Shown piece after piece: positions 37,604 through 46,449 of a stretch of DNA of 60,915 nt. The DNA comes from Thermodesulfobacteriota bacterium (GTDB lineage: Bacteria; Desulfobacterota; Desulfobacteria; Desulfobacterales; B30-G6): positions 1 to 60,915 of the forward strand of contig JBDLJD010000003.1 of the NCBI GenBank assembly GCA_039714495.1, read 5' to 3'. A program made the translations under genes and the position numbers. Under the pieces are notes generated by a model. The model saw nothing but the letters and a program-made list of their open reading frames with translations, was not told where the DNA came from and made no database searches. Each line of letters begins with the position of its first letter. The first letter of the stretch is position 1.

Positions 37604-39043
37604 TTGAAGCAATCCTGTGATTATCATCCAACCCAGACCGCTCACTGGGTCTGCCCGGGATGTAATGCAAAGCTTTGTCCTGAATGTGTAGTAAAACGTG
37701 ACAAAGGCGGTTTTTCACAAGATGAATTTCTTCATTTTTGTCCCAAATGCAGTGCTCCGGTTGAGTGGTGCGGGGTTGAAAATATTATTGATCCATTTTG
37801 GAAAAGGCTTCCCATAATTTTTGCCTATCCGCTTCTTTCACTCCATCCGCTTCTTTTAATACTCGTCGTCGGCGTTATTACATCACTATTTTCCGGGCCG
37901 GGGCTGTTAAGCATGCTGATTCGAGGGGCGCTTGCTTTGATGGTCCTCAAATATTCGTTTGAATCACTGAAAGCGACAGCCGGCGGAGACCTCAGACCGC
38001 CAAAAATCAGTTCAAAAACGATTTCCGAAGACATTATCCCGGTGGTAAAGCAGTATATTCTATACTTTCTGATATTTGCGACCTCGGGCTGGCTTTTTGT
38101 CTCGATATCACCCATACTAGGCTTTCTATTTTTCTTTGTCATAATGTTTTTCACCCCGGCCATGATAATTCTCCTGGTCACCACCAGCAGTATTCTGCAT
38201 GCCTTGAATCCGCTCATATTTGTTCGCTTGGTCCACCGCATAGGCTGGGGATACCTGACGATGTTTTTATTTCTTTCTTTATTGGGCGGTGCCCCGGCAA
38301 TAGCGGCAAGACTCATTGTAGGCTGGCTTCCCGAAGCACTGCATGTGCTGTTTTTCAGCGCTGCGCAAAGTTTCTATACAATCATTTCTTATCACCTGAT
38401 GGGATATGTCATCCTTCAATATCATGATGAAATCGGATATAGGGTTGAACAGGAAGATTTCAAAGATCAAACCATGCAGGCGACAGATGCCGTTCAAACA
38501 GATGCCGGTGCACTCATTCTGAAGAAGATCAATCCGCTGATACAGGATGGAAAATATGACCAAGCCGTTTCAATGATCAAGGAAATGACCCATGGGGCGA
38601 ATATTGAAAATATAGAACTGTCCTCTCGCTATTACAATCTGACTAAAATGACGAAAAAATCATCCGATATGCTTGAGTGCGCCGTTAATCATCTTGAACT
38701 TATCATTAAAGATAAGCAAAAAGATGAAGCGTTAAAGGTATATGCGGAATGCATGGATCTTGACACAACCTTCCTCCCGACCGCCAACTCGCTATTCAGC
38801 ATCGGCGACTGGCTGAACCAGTCTGGAAAGGCTGAAAGGGCGATCAAAACATATAATCGAATAATTAAAGCGTATCCTGATAGCCCGCTGGTTCCAAAAT
38901 CATATTTCCGGGCCGCTCAGATCTTCAATGACCGACTGATGAATCCTGAAAAAGCAAAACGGATATTAAATGGGTTGGCAAAAAAATACCCTGAGCATGA
39001 AATGTTGCCAAAAATTGAAAATTATCTTGCAAGCATGCAATAG
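37604..39043 (+). CDS. Membrane protein with N-terminal B-box-like zinc ribbon, polytopic core and C-terminal TPR/YbgF-like domain
   Basis: TTG start after AGGAGTG. It has CDYHPTQTAHWVCPGCNAKLCPECV..FCPKCSAPV, about 6 hydrophobic segments, and a C-terminal KTYNRIIKAYPDSPLVPKSYFRAAQIF. Confidence 0.75.
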   Translation: MKQSCDYHPTQTAHWVCPGCNAKLCPECVVKRDKGGFSQDEFLHFCPKCSAPVEWCGVENIIDPFWKRLPIIFAYPLLSLHPLLLILVVGVITSLFSGPGLLSMLIRGALALMVLKYSFESLKATAGGDLRPPKISSKTISEDIIPVVKQYILYFLIFATSGWLFVSISPILGFLFFFVIMFFTPAMIILLVTTSSILHALNPLIFVRLVHRIGWGYLTMFLFLSLLGGAPAIAARLIVGWLPEALHVLFFSAAQSFYTIISYHLMGYVILQYHDEIGYRVEQEDFKDQTMQATDAVQTDAGALILKKINPLIQDGKYDQAVSMIKEMTHGANIENIELSSRYYNLTKMTKKSSDMLECAVNHLELIIKDKQKDEALKVYAECMDLDTTFLPTANSLFSIGDWLNQSGKAERAIKTYNRIIKAYPDSPLVPKSYFRAAQIFNDRLMNPEKAKRILNGLAKKYPEHEMLPKIENYLASMQ

Positions 39044-39118
39044 TTTTTCATCCAGTTAGATTGCAGAACTGATACGCCCGAAACCGTCCATACCACCAAT
39101 CCGGGATAATATTATTTT

Positions 39119-40597
39119 ATGCTGATAGTCCCTGTTTCTGGAAAAATAAGCCTGCGCAACCCGCCTGTTATCACCATAGCGCTCATCATTCTAAACTGTA
39201 TCATTTTTTTTGCATTCCAGTTTAATGAAAACCAAATTTATTGGGAAGCCGAAGAATACTATCGCGAATCGGGTTTATTGGACATAGAAATAGATGCATA
39301 CCTGAAATACAGGTATACAGCAGAGCAGCAGGACGCGATGTTCGCCGGCAGCGAAAAAATAAGCCAGGAAAAACGATTTACGCTGTACTCAGAAATGCGC
39401 CAGGACTGGGAATTTATGCACATGCTGGAAGGCGAGCAGATTATTCGGCCACAAGATGCAGTATATCAGGAGTGGAAGGCACTTAGGGCTGAATATACCG
39501 ATCTATTGTCCAGGATTGTGTCAAAAAAATATGGATTCAAGCCCGCCAGCCCAAGCATTATAACCTTATTCACGCATATGTTTCTCCATGGTGGATTTGG
39601 TCACCTGGTGGGCAACATGATTTTCTTGTGGCTGGTCGGAAGCCTGCTTGAAATGGGCAGTGGGCGATTTTTTTATTTTACGACCTATATTCTAACGGGT
39701 TTGGGGGCTGTTGGGTTGTTCTGGGTAGGGAATATGCATTCTAATGTCCCCTTGGTTGGAGCGTCCGGCGCCATTGCAGGGTTGATGGGAACTTTTACCG
39801 TTCTATATGGATGGAAAAAAATAAAAATCTTTTTCTCGATAGGTGTATTTTTCAATTATTTTAAAATCAGGGCGATTGTACTTTTGCCCCTGTGGGTTGG
39901 CGCCGAGGTCTACCAAATTGCCTTCAGCGAGGTGAGACATGTGGCATATCTTGCTCATGTCGGGGGGTTGATCTCCGGTGCTTTGTTAGGGTTGATAAAC
40001 AAACGATTTCTTGGGTTTTATGATGAAGATGTTGTCGACCCCGAACCTGAAGATGAAATATCTCCCCTGATTGAAAAGGCATTGGCGCATATTGGGCAGT
40101 TGGAAATGGAGCAGGGAGAGGCATTGCTGCAGGACGTCTTGAAAAAAGAGCCGAAAAATATTGCAGCCCTGAAACACCTCTATGAAATCCATAAAACGGA
40201 TCCGGAAAAGCCGCAATTTCATACAACCGCCAAACAGGTGCTGAAGCTGTCATCGAGAAATGAAGAAACCCATAGTATTACTGTGGATGTATACACCGAT
40301 TATGTAGCGAGAACCAAGCTGCCCAAGCTATCGGCAGGCTTATACCTGCGCTTAATAACAATTTTAGCAGGCAAAGGGCATTTAAAAAAAGCCGAACAGA
40401 TAGCAATAATGTTTCTAAATAAAAAGCCAGGCTATCAAGGTCTATCAACAGCCCTCCTGAGGTTATCGAATAAATTTAAAATGGAGGGGGACCAGGTAAA
40501 GCACAAGACGTATTTAAATATCATTCTTTCTGAATATTCAAACACCGTTGAAGCAAAACTTGCAAAAGCCGAATTAGACGAACCTGGAAACGTGTAG
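39119..40597 (+). CDS. Rhomboid-family intramembrane serine protease with C-terminal TPR-like domain
   Basis: HMFLHGGFGHLVGNMIFLW, catalytic GASGAIAGLMG and AHVGGLISGALLG motifs. The ~190-aa C-terminal part is helical-repeat-like. Confidence 0.88.
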   Translation: MLIVPVSGKISLRNPPVITIALIILNCIIFFAFQFNENQIYWEAEEYYRESGLLDIEIDAYLKYRYTAEQQDAMFAGSEKISQEKRFTLYSEMRQDWEFMHMLEGEQIIRPQDAVYQEWKALRAEYTDLLSRIVSKKYGFKPASPSIITLFTHMFLHGGFGHLVGNMIFLWLVGSLLEMGSGRFFYFTTYILTGLGAVGLFWVGNMHSNVPLVGASGAIAGLMGTFTVLYGWKKIKIFFSIGVFFNYFKIRAIVLLPLWVGAEVYQIAFSEVRHVAYLAHVGGLISGALLGLINKRFLGFYDEDVVDPEPEDEISPLIEKALAHIGQLEMEQGEALLQDVLKKEPKNIAALKHLYEIHKTDPEKPQFHTTAKQVLKLSSRNEETHSITVDVYTDYVARTKLPKLSAGLYLRLITILAGKGHLKKAEQIAIMFLNKKPGYQGLSTALLRLSNKFKMEGDQVKHKTYLNIILSEYSNTVEAKLAKAELDEPGNV

Positions 40598-40833
40598 CTT
40601 GTGGCAATAAGCCCTATGGTTACAAGTGTATATTCCGATAAATATTCGTACAACGTTATATATTTGATTTTAGGTGATGACGTTGACATCGGGCCGGTCA
40701 CCCTGTACTCTGAAAGTCTGAATGGTTCCTTCCGAAATCGGGGTCGGCAGATGAAGTCCGTCCAAAAATTCTTTGATCATCGGGGCCGTGCCCGTCGCTG
40801 TTGGTCTGCTGCTGTGGACATAAAGGATAGGAA

Positions 40834-41382
40834 ATGAGACGTGTGATGGTTCCCGTATTGTGGGTGCTTCTCGTGATGAGCCTCTCCTATGCCGGCTATT
40901 TCGGCTCCCGGCATTTGGAGGGCGGCCTGTTGCAGTCGTGGATGGCCTGCTTTTTCGGCACCACCTATTTTCTATCCATTGCATTCGGAACACTTTATGT
41001 CTATATCGCGGCCCGGTTGCGGGGGGCCAACCTGCCCCAATGCATCCTGGCATCCCTGGTCAACCCCTCGATATGGATGACCAAGGAGGTGCTGCGCCTG
41101 ACCGAATCGCACCCGTTCCTGGAAAGCCTCTACTGGTTTCTCAACCCCCTGGACCTCTGGCTGCTCTCTTTCGTGATCATGGAAATGGGCCTGGCCACAT
41201 TGATGGTGCGGACCATTCTCAAACAAAAGGGTGAGGAGGTGATCGTTTTTACCATGGGACCGGTGGTAACCGTTCTGGGGAGTTTGACTTTTGCCGTCTC
41301 CATCTATGCGTGGGGTGAAGGCGAAAACATCTATGTCTATTTTCTCGAGGGCTACAGGCTGCTGTTCGGCTACGGCCTGTAG
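40834..41382 (+). CDS. Hypothetical integral membrane protein
   Basis: 182-aa ORF with ~5 hydrophobic segments. It sits at the start of a GC-richer block. Confidence 0.6.
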   Translation: MRRVMVPVLWVLLVMSLSYAGYFGSRHLEGGLLQSWMACFFGTTYFLSIAFGTLYVYIAARLRGANLPQCILASLVNPSIWMTKEVLRLTESHPFLESLYWFLNPLDLWLLSFVIMEMGLATLMVRTILKQKGEEVIVFTMGPVVTVLGSLTFAVSIYAWGEGENIYVYFLEGYRLLFGYGL

Positions 41383-41396
41383 CCGGGAGGTGTTGC

Positions 41397-42797
41397 TTGC
41401 ATCCTATCATGCATAGACAGAATTTCGGCAGGTTCTCTGCAGCCATGCTCATCCTATTGGCGGTTTTCCTGACCTGCACCGCAGCCCAGGCTGTTGCCGG
41501 GGCCGGAGAGGATCGGCCCAACCTTGTATTCATTCTGGGGGATAACCACAATGCCCGAACCATGGGGTGTGTCGGCCATCCTTTCATTAAAACGCCGGGC
41601 ATGGATCGCCTGGCAAGGGAGGGCATTCTTTTTGAAAACGCCTTCAATACCACCAGCCTCTGCAGCCCCTCGCGGGCCAGCATCCTGACCGGCGCCTATG
41701 CTAACAGGCACGGTGTGAAAAACAACCACACCCCCTGGACCGGGCAGATGAAGACCTTTCTGGCCCACCTGTCTGCCGGCGGGTATGCCACGGCCTTCAT
41801 CGGCAAATGGCATATGCCCGGGAAAGGGTTGCCAAAAATGCCTTTTCTGGATTTGTTCGTTTCCTATACCTACAGGGAAGGTCAGGGCGCATATTTCAAC
41901 TGCCCCATGATCGTCAATGGCCAAGAGGTTCGGTCGCGCGTTCCCTATATAACAGCCGAGGTCACGGATTACGCCATCGAGTTCATGCAGAAAGTGCAGG
42001 CGGAGCCGGAGGAAGGCCGCAGGCCTTTTTGCATCTACCTGTCCCACCGACCCGGCCATCCGCCCTTCAAGGCGCCGGATGGCATTGCCGGCATGTATGC
42101 TGAGGCAGATGTAAGCCGTGTGCTGCCGTCCCATGCCGATCCCCTGTGGTACGGCAAGACCAAGGGCAATGTATTCCAGGGGGTCATGATGGGTTCCTAT
42201 GAAAACAAGTACCGGAAGTATTGCGAAACATTGACGGCCATGGACCAGGACATCGTAAGACTTTTGGAAGAAATGGATGCCATGGGACTGGCAAAGAACA
42301 CGGTTGTGATCTACATGGGGGACAACGGCATGCAGTGGGGCACCCACGATTGCCACGGTATCCGTGAAGCATACGAGGATTCCCTGCGGCTGCCGCTGAT
42401 CGTGCGGGCTCCGGGCCTGATACCGGATCCCGGATCCAACAGACGGCAGATGGTGCTGAACATCGACATGGCACCCACGTTCTTGAGTTTGGCCGGGCTG
42501 GGTGTTTCCTCAGCCATGGATGGACAGAGCCTGGTCCCGGTCCTGAAAAACCCCGAGGCCCATGGCCGGGAAAATTTTCTCATCGAGTTCTGGCGCTATT
42601 TCCCGGAAAATACGCCGTCCTACACCGGCATCCGCACCGATCGGTTCAAATACATCGAATTCGCAAGAGGCCGCAGCCCCTGGCTGTTTGACCTGCTCAA
42701 CGACCCCCTTGAAATGCACAACCTGATGGGCACACCCCAAGGAGATAAAATCCTGCCTCAATTGAAAGACCGCCTTGCCCAACTGATTGCCCGGTAA
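41397..42797 (+). CDS. Sulfatase (Cys-type formylglycine motif)
   Basis: Signal-like N-terminus, NLVFILGDNHN, and the CSPSRASILTG sulfatase signature. An alternative ATG lies at 41409. Confidence 0.9.
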   Translation: MHPIMHRQNFGRFSAAMLILLAVFLTCTAAQAVAGAGEDRPNLVFILGDNHNARTMGCVGHPFIKTPGMDRLAREGILFENAFNTTSLCSPSRASILTGAYANRHGVKNNHTPWTGQMKTFLAHLSAGGYATAFIGKWHMPGKGLPKMPFLDLFVSYTYREGQGAYFNCPMIVNGQEVRSRVPYITAEVTDYAIEFMQKVQAEPEEGRRPFCIYLSHRPGHPPFKAPDGIAGMYAEADVSRVLPSHADPLWYGKTKGNVFQGVMMGSYENKYRKYCETLTAMDQDIVRLLEEMDAMGLAKNTVVIYMGDNGMQWGTHDCHGIREAYEDSLRLPLIVRAPGLIPDPGSNRRQMVLNIDMAPTFLSLAGLGVSSAMDGQSLVPVLKNPEAHGRENFLIEFWRYFPENTPSYTGIRTDRFKYIEFARGRSPWLFDLLNDPLEMHNLMGTPQGDKILPQLKDRLAQLIAR

Positions 42798-43145
42798 AGG
42801 GGTCTGCCCTTGACTCTTATTATTGAAAAATTGGATTCAAACATTTCAACCTTTTGATTTAAAGCCGTTTTTCAAATCTATTTTTAGTTTCGTTTGGAAA
42901 CGTTTGGAAAAATTTGACCTTGACGGGCACAAAATGGGCACAGAAAATCCTTTTTTTAGGTTGATACCCCACACAACAACCTTCTACTAAAACACTCCAA
43001 ATTCATATTCAGTATCAAAAGGTTAGTTTTTTTGTTACGATACCTTTTGTTATGCCTACGACAGGTTTCATCGTGCCTTCTCATATGAGAGCGGTCAATA
43101 GTCTGGCCGCATAAAAGTTTACTCATATAATGAGGAGGCAAAACG

Positions 43146-43280
43146 ATGACAGAATCGAGCGCAAAACAAACCGTAGTTCAATTCTTGGTACCCTTAGTGC
43201 TGAAACTGGCGGATCTTTTTCGAACACCCGAGGGAGAGGCCTATCCGACCATTCACGCAAAAGCTTGCCTGTCAGTGTGA
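43146..43280 (+). pseudogene. Short ORF with a strong SD; possibly the 5' remnant of a mobile-element gene
   Basis: AGGAGG lies 8 nt upstream. MTESSAKQTVVQFLVPLVLKLADLFRTPEGEAYPTIHAKACLSV* stops abruptly. The LFRTPEGEAYPTI pattern vaguely recalls N-termini of phage/plasmid primase-type proteins. Confidence 0.3.
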
Positions 43281-43451
43281 ATGGTTGGTCGGTCAACGAC
43301 CGAAACAGTAAGGACCCCGGGCATGCTCGGGGGGATCTATTAATATCATTCCTTTACAGATTTGAAAAAAGCTAGGGTATTATGGGACCGGCATTTTTCT
43401 ATTTCGTTCGATGAAATGCCGAACCAGGGCGGGTACCTACAGTTAGCCTTG

Positions 43452-43683
43452 CTGATACCATTCCTGATATTAGCACCGACCATATGTGTCTGGGTGGTTG
43501 CTTTTTTGTATTATCAATCCAAGTTTGTTCAAGATTGCTTCATTCTAGAATTTACAAAGAAATCTTCATAATTCGACATCTGCCGAAATGTAGGTGACTT
43601 CATCATTCTTGGCGGTACTCCATAGGTGGTTCTGTAACAGAGCTCAAAATAAACGTGATATCAAATAGTTGACATAATCATCC
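43452..43683 (+). repeat. Direct repeat DR1 (paralogue of 48354-48587)
   Basis: Collinear blocks are shared with DR2: CTGATACCA, GTTGCTTTTTTGTA(T/C)TATCAATCC, TGCTTCA(T/A)TCTAGAATTTACA(A/G)AGAAATCT, TAGGTG, TGTAACA, ACGTGAT, CATAATCAT. Confidence 0.65.
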
Positions 43684-43920
43684 TGTAACCTTTCTTTTGC
43701 CACGAGACTGATTTTTGCCGCTTTCATTTGTTAATCAATACAAACCTGTATCGATGGAAATGAAAAATAGCAGGCATTGCAATTGAGATTGGATTTGAGC
43801 TTATTAAGGGAAATCTTTTTAATGGATATCCCTTTTTGCATTTTATAGAGAAAGTTGTTACCTGTATAGAATAAACAGAATTCGTATCGCGCATATTTTT
43901 CTATTACCAATGTCGGATTC

Positions 43921-44535
43921 ATGGTGAAGAATAAAAAAACTAAAATCATTGAATTCCCATCCAAATCAGGAACGTCCTCACCAACCGTTACCAAAGGTGG
44001 AATAGAAAATTTTAACGATTTTGAAGAATATGAGGATGACGAATACTTTTATCTTTTAGAGGAAAAAGATTATCAAGGTCTAATTAAATATTGTTTAGAC
44101 CGAGCATCTGACAATCCTGAGGATCTTTATGCAAAAGCCCACCTTGGAAAGGCCTATATTTTAAACGGCAACTATGAAAAAGCTCTAGGCTATTTAACAG
44201 AATGTCATCAACAATATCCTGATATTGATGAATACCAGCATTTATTGTTGGATGTATTATTTGGGATGGGAATGACTGAAGATGATTATGATTGGTCCAA
44301 AAAGCCTGTCGTATTACGACTTAACAAAGATATTTTCGATGCCTGCTATTCGTATTTGAGATCCAAAAGAAAGCCCAGATCAATATACGATATCCATAAC
44401 GAATTTGTTTTTAAAGGGTATGTAGCTTTCACGCCTGAAGACCTATTATTAGAACTCTTGGATGATCAAAGATTCATTGCTGATGACCCTGAAGACCAAG
44501 AATTGTTACGTGTAGTTCGTAAAAAGGATCTATAA
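43921..44535 (+). CDS. Hypothetical protein (acidic N-terminus, TPR-like middle)
   Basis: 204-aa ORF in the AT-rich island. The LYAKAHLGKAYILNGNYEKALGYLTECHQQYP segment is TPR-like. Confidence 0.55.
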   Translation: MVKNKKTKIIEFPSKSGTSSPTVTKGGIENFNDFEEYEDDEYFYLLEEKDYQGLIKYCLDRASDNPEDLYAKAHLGKAYILNGNYEKALGYLTECHQQYPDIDEYQHLLLDVLFGMGMTEDDYDWSKKPVVLRLNKDIFDACYSYLRSKRKPRSIYDIHNEFVFKGYVAFTPEDLLLELLDDQRFIADDPEDQELLRVVRKKDL

Positions 44536-44555
44536 ATATTGGGAAAGGATAATTA

Positions 44556-44774
44556 GTGGATTTATTTGACCAGTACCTGCAACGGAGCCAGGAAATCATT
44601 GGTGATCGAACTCGGGAAGAGATGCGGTATGATAAGGAAGTTTTGAGATGGTTACGTAAAGGGAAAAAATTCAAAAGGCAATTGAAAGAGCCAATAAAAA
44701 ATATCCAAAAGAGGCCCTCGAAGTTAATGAAAAAACGATCAATGACGTTGCCGCTCACTACGATTATTTATTAG
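44556..44774 (+). CDS. Small hypothetical ORF, possibly frameshifted at an A6 run
   Basis: GTG start. After A6 (44664-44669) the -1 frame stays open to TGA 44804-44806 and reads more protein-like. Confidence 0.3.
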   Translation: MDLFDQYLQRSQEIIGDRTREEMRYDKEVLRWLRKGKKFKRQLKEPIKNIQKRPSKLMKKRSMTLPLTTIIY

Positions 44775-45115
44775 AGCATGAAAATATTATGAAAAAGATG
44801 CATTGATGAGATCCCAACACATCATTTCAGATATCAAGAGGACGATCTATTTTGACGGATTGTCCATTTTTTGCATTTCGTCGGAAATGGGCTATCTGTA
44901 ATGGATATTATTGACCCTTAGGTGGTTGATATGTGATGGTATCTCAGCTTTTTTGGCGAGATGATAACCTGAACTTATCTCCAACTATCACAAGTTGCAG
45001 CTATAAAAACATTCTTGGTGGATTCCTGATAAAATTCAGACCGAGATGGTATCTACATATCTTAGGCTGAGCAACATAATAGTTTTTTAGATATCCTCGT
45101 CGAGAATCTCTTTTC

Positions 45116-45808
45116 ATGCAAACTTTCATTCTTAATACCTGGGAAAAAATAAGGTACCAATATCGTGGAGTTGGTTTCGCGAAAACGATAATTAAAATAG
45201 CATATAAAATCTTATCTCCTATATATAGGCACGATACTTATTATATAGCTGTGGAAACCATTCACACTGACATACCAGGAGCCAATAAAATAAATAATAG
45301 CGAGATTGAATGTGTTGTGCATGAAAAGTCAGATAGATTTCGATTGTGCGAATACAAAACAATTCCTTCAATTCCAATGAATAAAATAAAAAAATTACTA
45401 GAAAATCCTAACAGCATCAGTATCATAGCATTTCGGCAAGATAGAATTGACCCTGAGAAAAAGATTGTTGGGTTTCGGATATGTGAACCAGGTATATTCT
45501 ATGCTCCCGGTGTTAAATTCAGAGTTTCCCCTGCGATCCTGGCCATCATCCATACTGAGGTTTTACCAAAGTACAGAGGCCAAAAAATCAACGCTATCTT
45601 ATGGAAAGCCACTTATGAGATTTGCCAACAAAGAGAGTTTACAAAAGCCTATGGTTTAATATCAATACATAATTATCAGTCTTTAAAATCGCACGGAAAA
45701 TTAGGTGAAATTAAGGCCGAGAAGAAGTTTGAACTATTCTCTTTTGCTTTCGGGCTTCACAAAAGATATACACCTCCAAATGAAGTTAAAAAATTGTTAG
45801 AATCATAA
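45116..45808 (+). CDS. GNAT-like N-acetyltransferase (tentative)
   Basis: 230-aa ORF. HTEVLPKYRGQKINAILWKATYEICQQ resembles GNAT motif A (Q/R-x-x-G-x-G/A-like). Confidence 0.5.
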   Translation: MQTFILNTWEKIRYQYRGVGFAKTIIKIAYKILSPIYRHDTYYIAVETIHTDIPGANKINNSEIECVVHEKSDRFRLCEYKTIPSIPMNKIKKLLENPNSISIIAFRQDRIDPEKKIVGFRICEPGIFYAPGVKFRVSPAILAIIHTEVLPKYRGQKINAILWKATYEICQQREFTKAYGLISIHNYQSLKSHGKLGEIKAEKKFELFSFAFGLHKRYTPPNEVKKLLES

Positions 45809-46403
45809 GTCTCAATCTGCCCATTGCCGATGTCTCCAATATAAATAAAGATATCAAGACCTTTAAATATTGCCGGTGTTTAAAAATTATCACCACCGGC
45901 AGAATCTTTCATCGGCAAGCGTTTCCGTGATACCGTGGCGATGACCAGATGGTGTCTTATATTTATCCAATTTATCGGATAGTTGAGATCGTTATATAAT
46001 AGAAATACAAAGAGTTATGCCTGCCAGCATAGCACAGAAAAAATATATTATCGCTCCATGTATCGGTACTGCGAAGATCCGGAATCTTGACCTAATCAGC
46101 CGATTCATGTATACTGATCATATTGCATATAAATCCCACCTGATCTGATGCTGGATCTCCATATTTTAGCCTGACCTGACCTCAACCAGGATCTGCTCTT
46201 ATCTTTCTAAGAAGTATCATCTTCTTTAAACCGTACTTTGCTGAAACGAAGGTGATCGACATGCCCAATGAAATAAAGTCACAAGCAAACTAAGAGCCTT
46301 CCTATCTGGGGCCGCCAAAAGTAACTCCATACTGATGTCTTTTGATGAAGTCTTAGGTGATATGAAATTTTGCCACTATGAAAAAGAAGATTGATTGAAC
46401 TTA

Positions 46404-46432
46404 GCCTAAAAATCAAGATTTAGGCATTTTTT
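46404..46432 (+). terminator. Intrinsic-terminator-like hairpin in the leader of the protease gene
   Basis: GCCTAAA (46404-46410) pairs with TTTAGGC (46419-46425) and is followed by A-T6. It ends 4 nt before the GGGAGG SD, which starts at 46437. Confidence 0.5.
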
Positions 46433-46449
46433 GAATTGGGAGGTGCTAT

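Noticed and set aside
40601-41053. ORFs 40601-40837 (+) and 40670-41053 (-) between the rhomboid and the membrane-protein genes
   Set aside because: They overlap each other and the 40834 gene, and have no SD or motif. A 36-codon sub-ORF (MIKEFLDGLHLPTPISEGTIQTFRVQGDRPDVNVIT) looks protein-like but cannot be supported.
41454-42356. 300-aa minus-strand ORF opposite the sulfatase gene
   Set aside because: It is antisense to a gene with the sulfatase signature, and no motif is present.
42847-42990. The frame reading ..VWKRLEKFDLDGHKMGTENPFF.. as the C-terminal remnant of a tyrosine integrase at the island edge
   Set aside because: Only a vague resemblance to integrase tails. It is too short, with no catalytic motifs and no adjacent tRNA gene.
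43731-43994. The minus-strand 87-aa ORF (and the similar 48641-48871 ORF) in AT-rich DNA
   Set aside because: The translations are Phe/Ile/Lys-rich and low-complexity. One overlaps the start of a better plus-strand ORF, and there is no SD.
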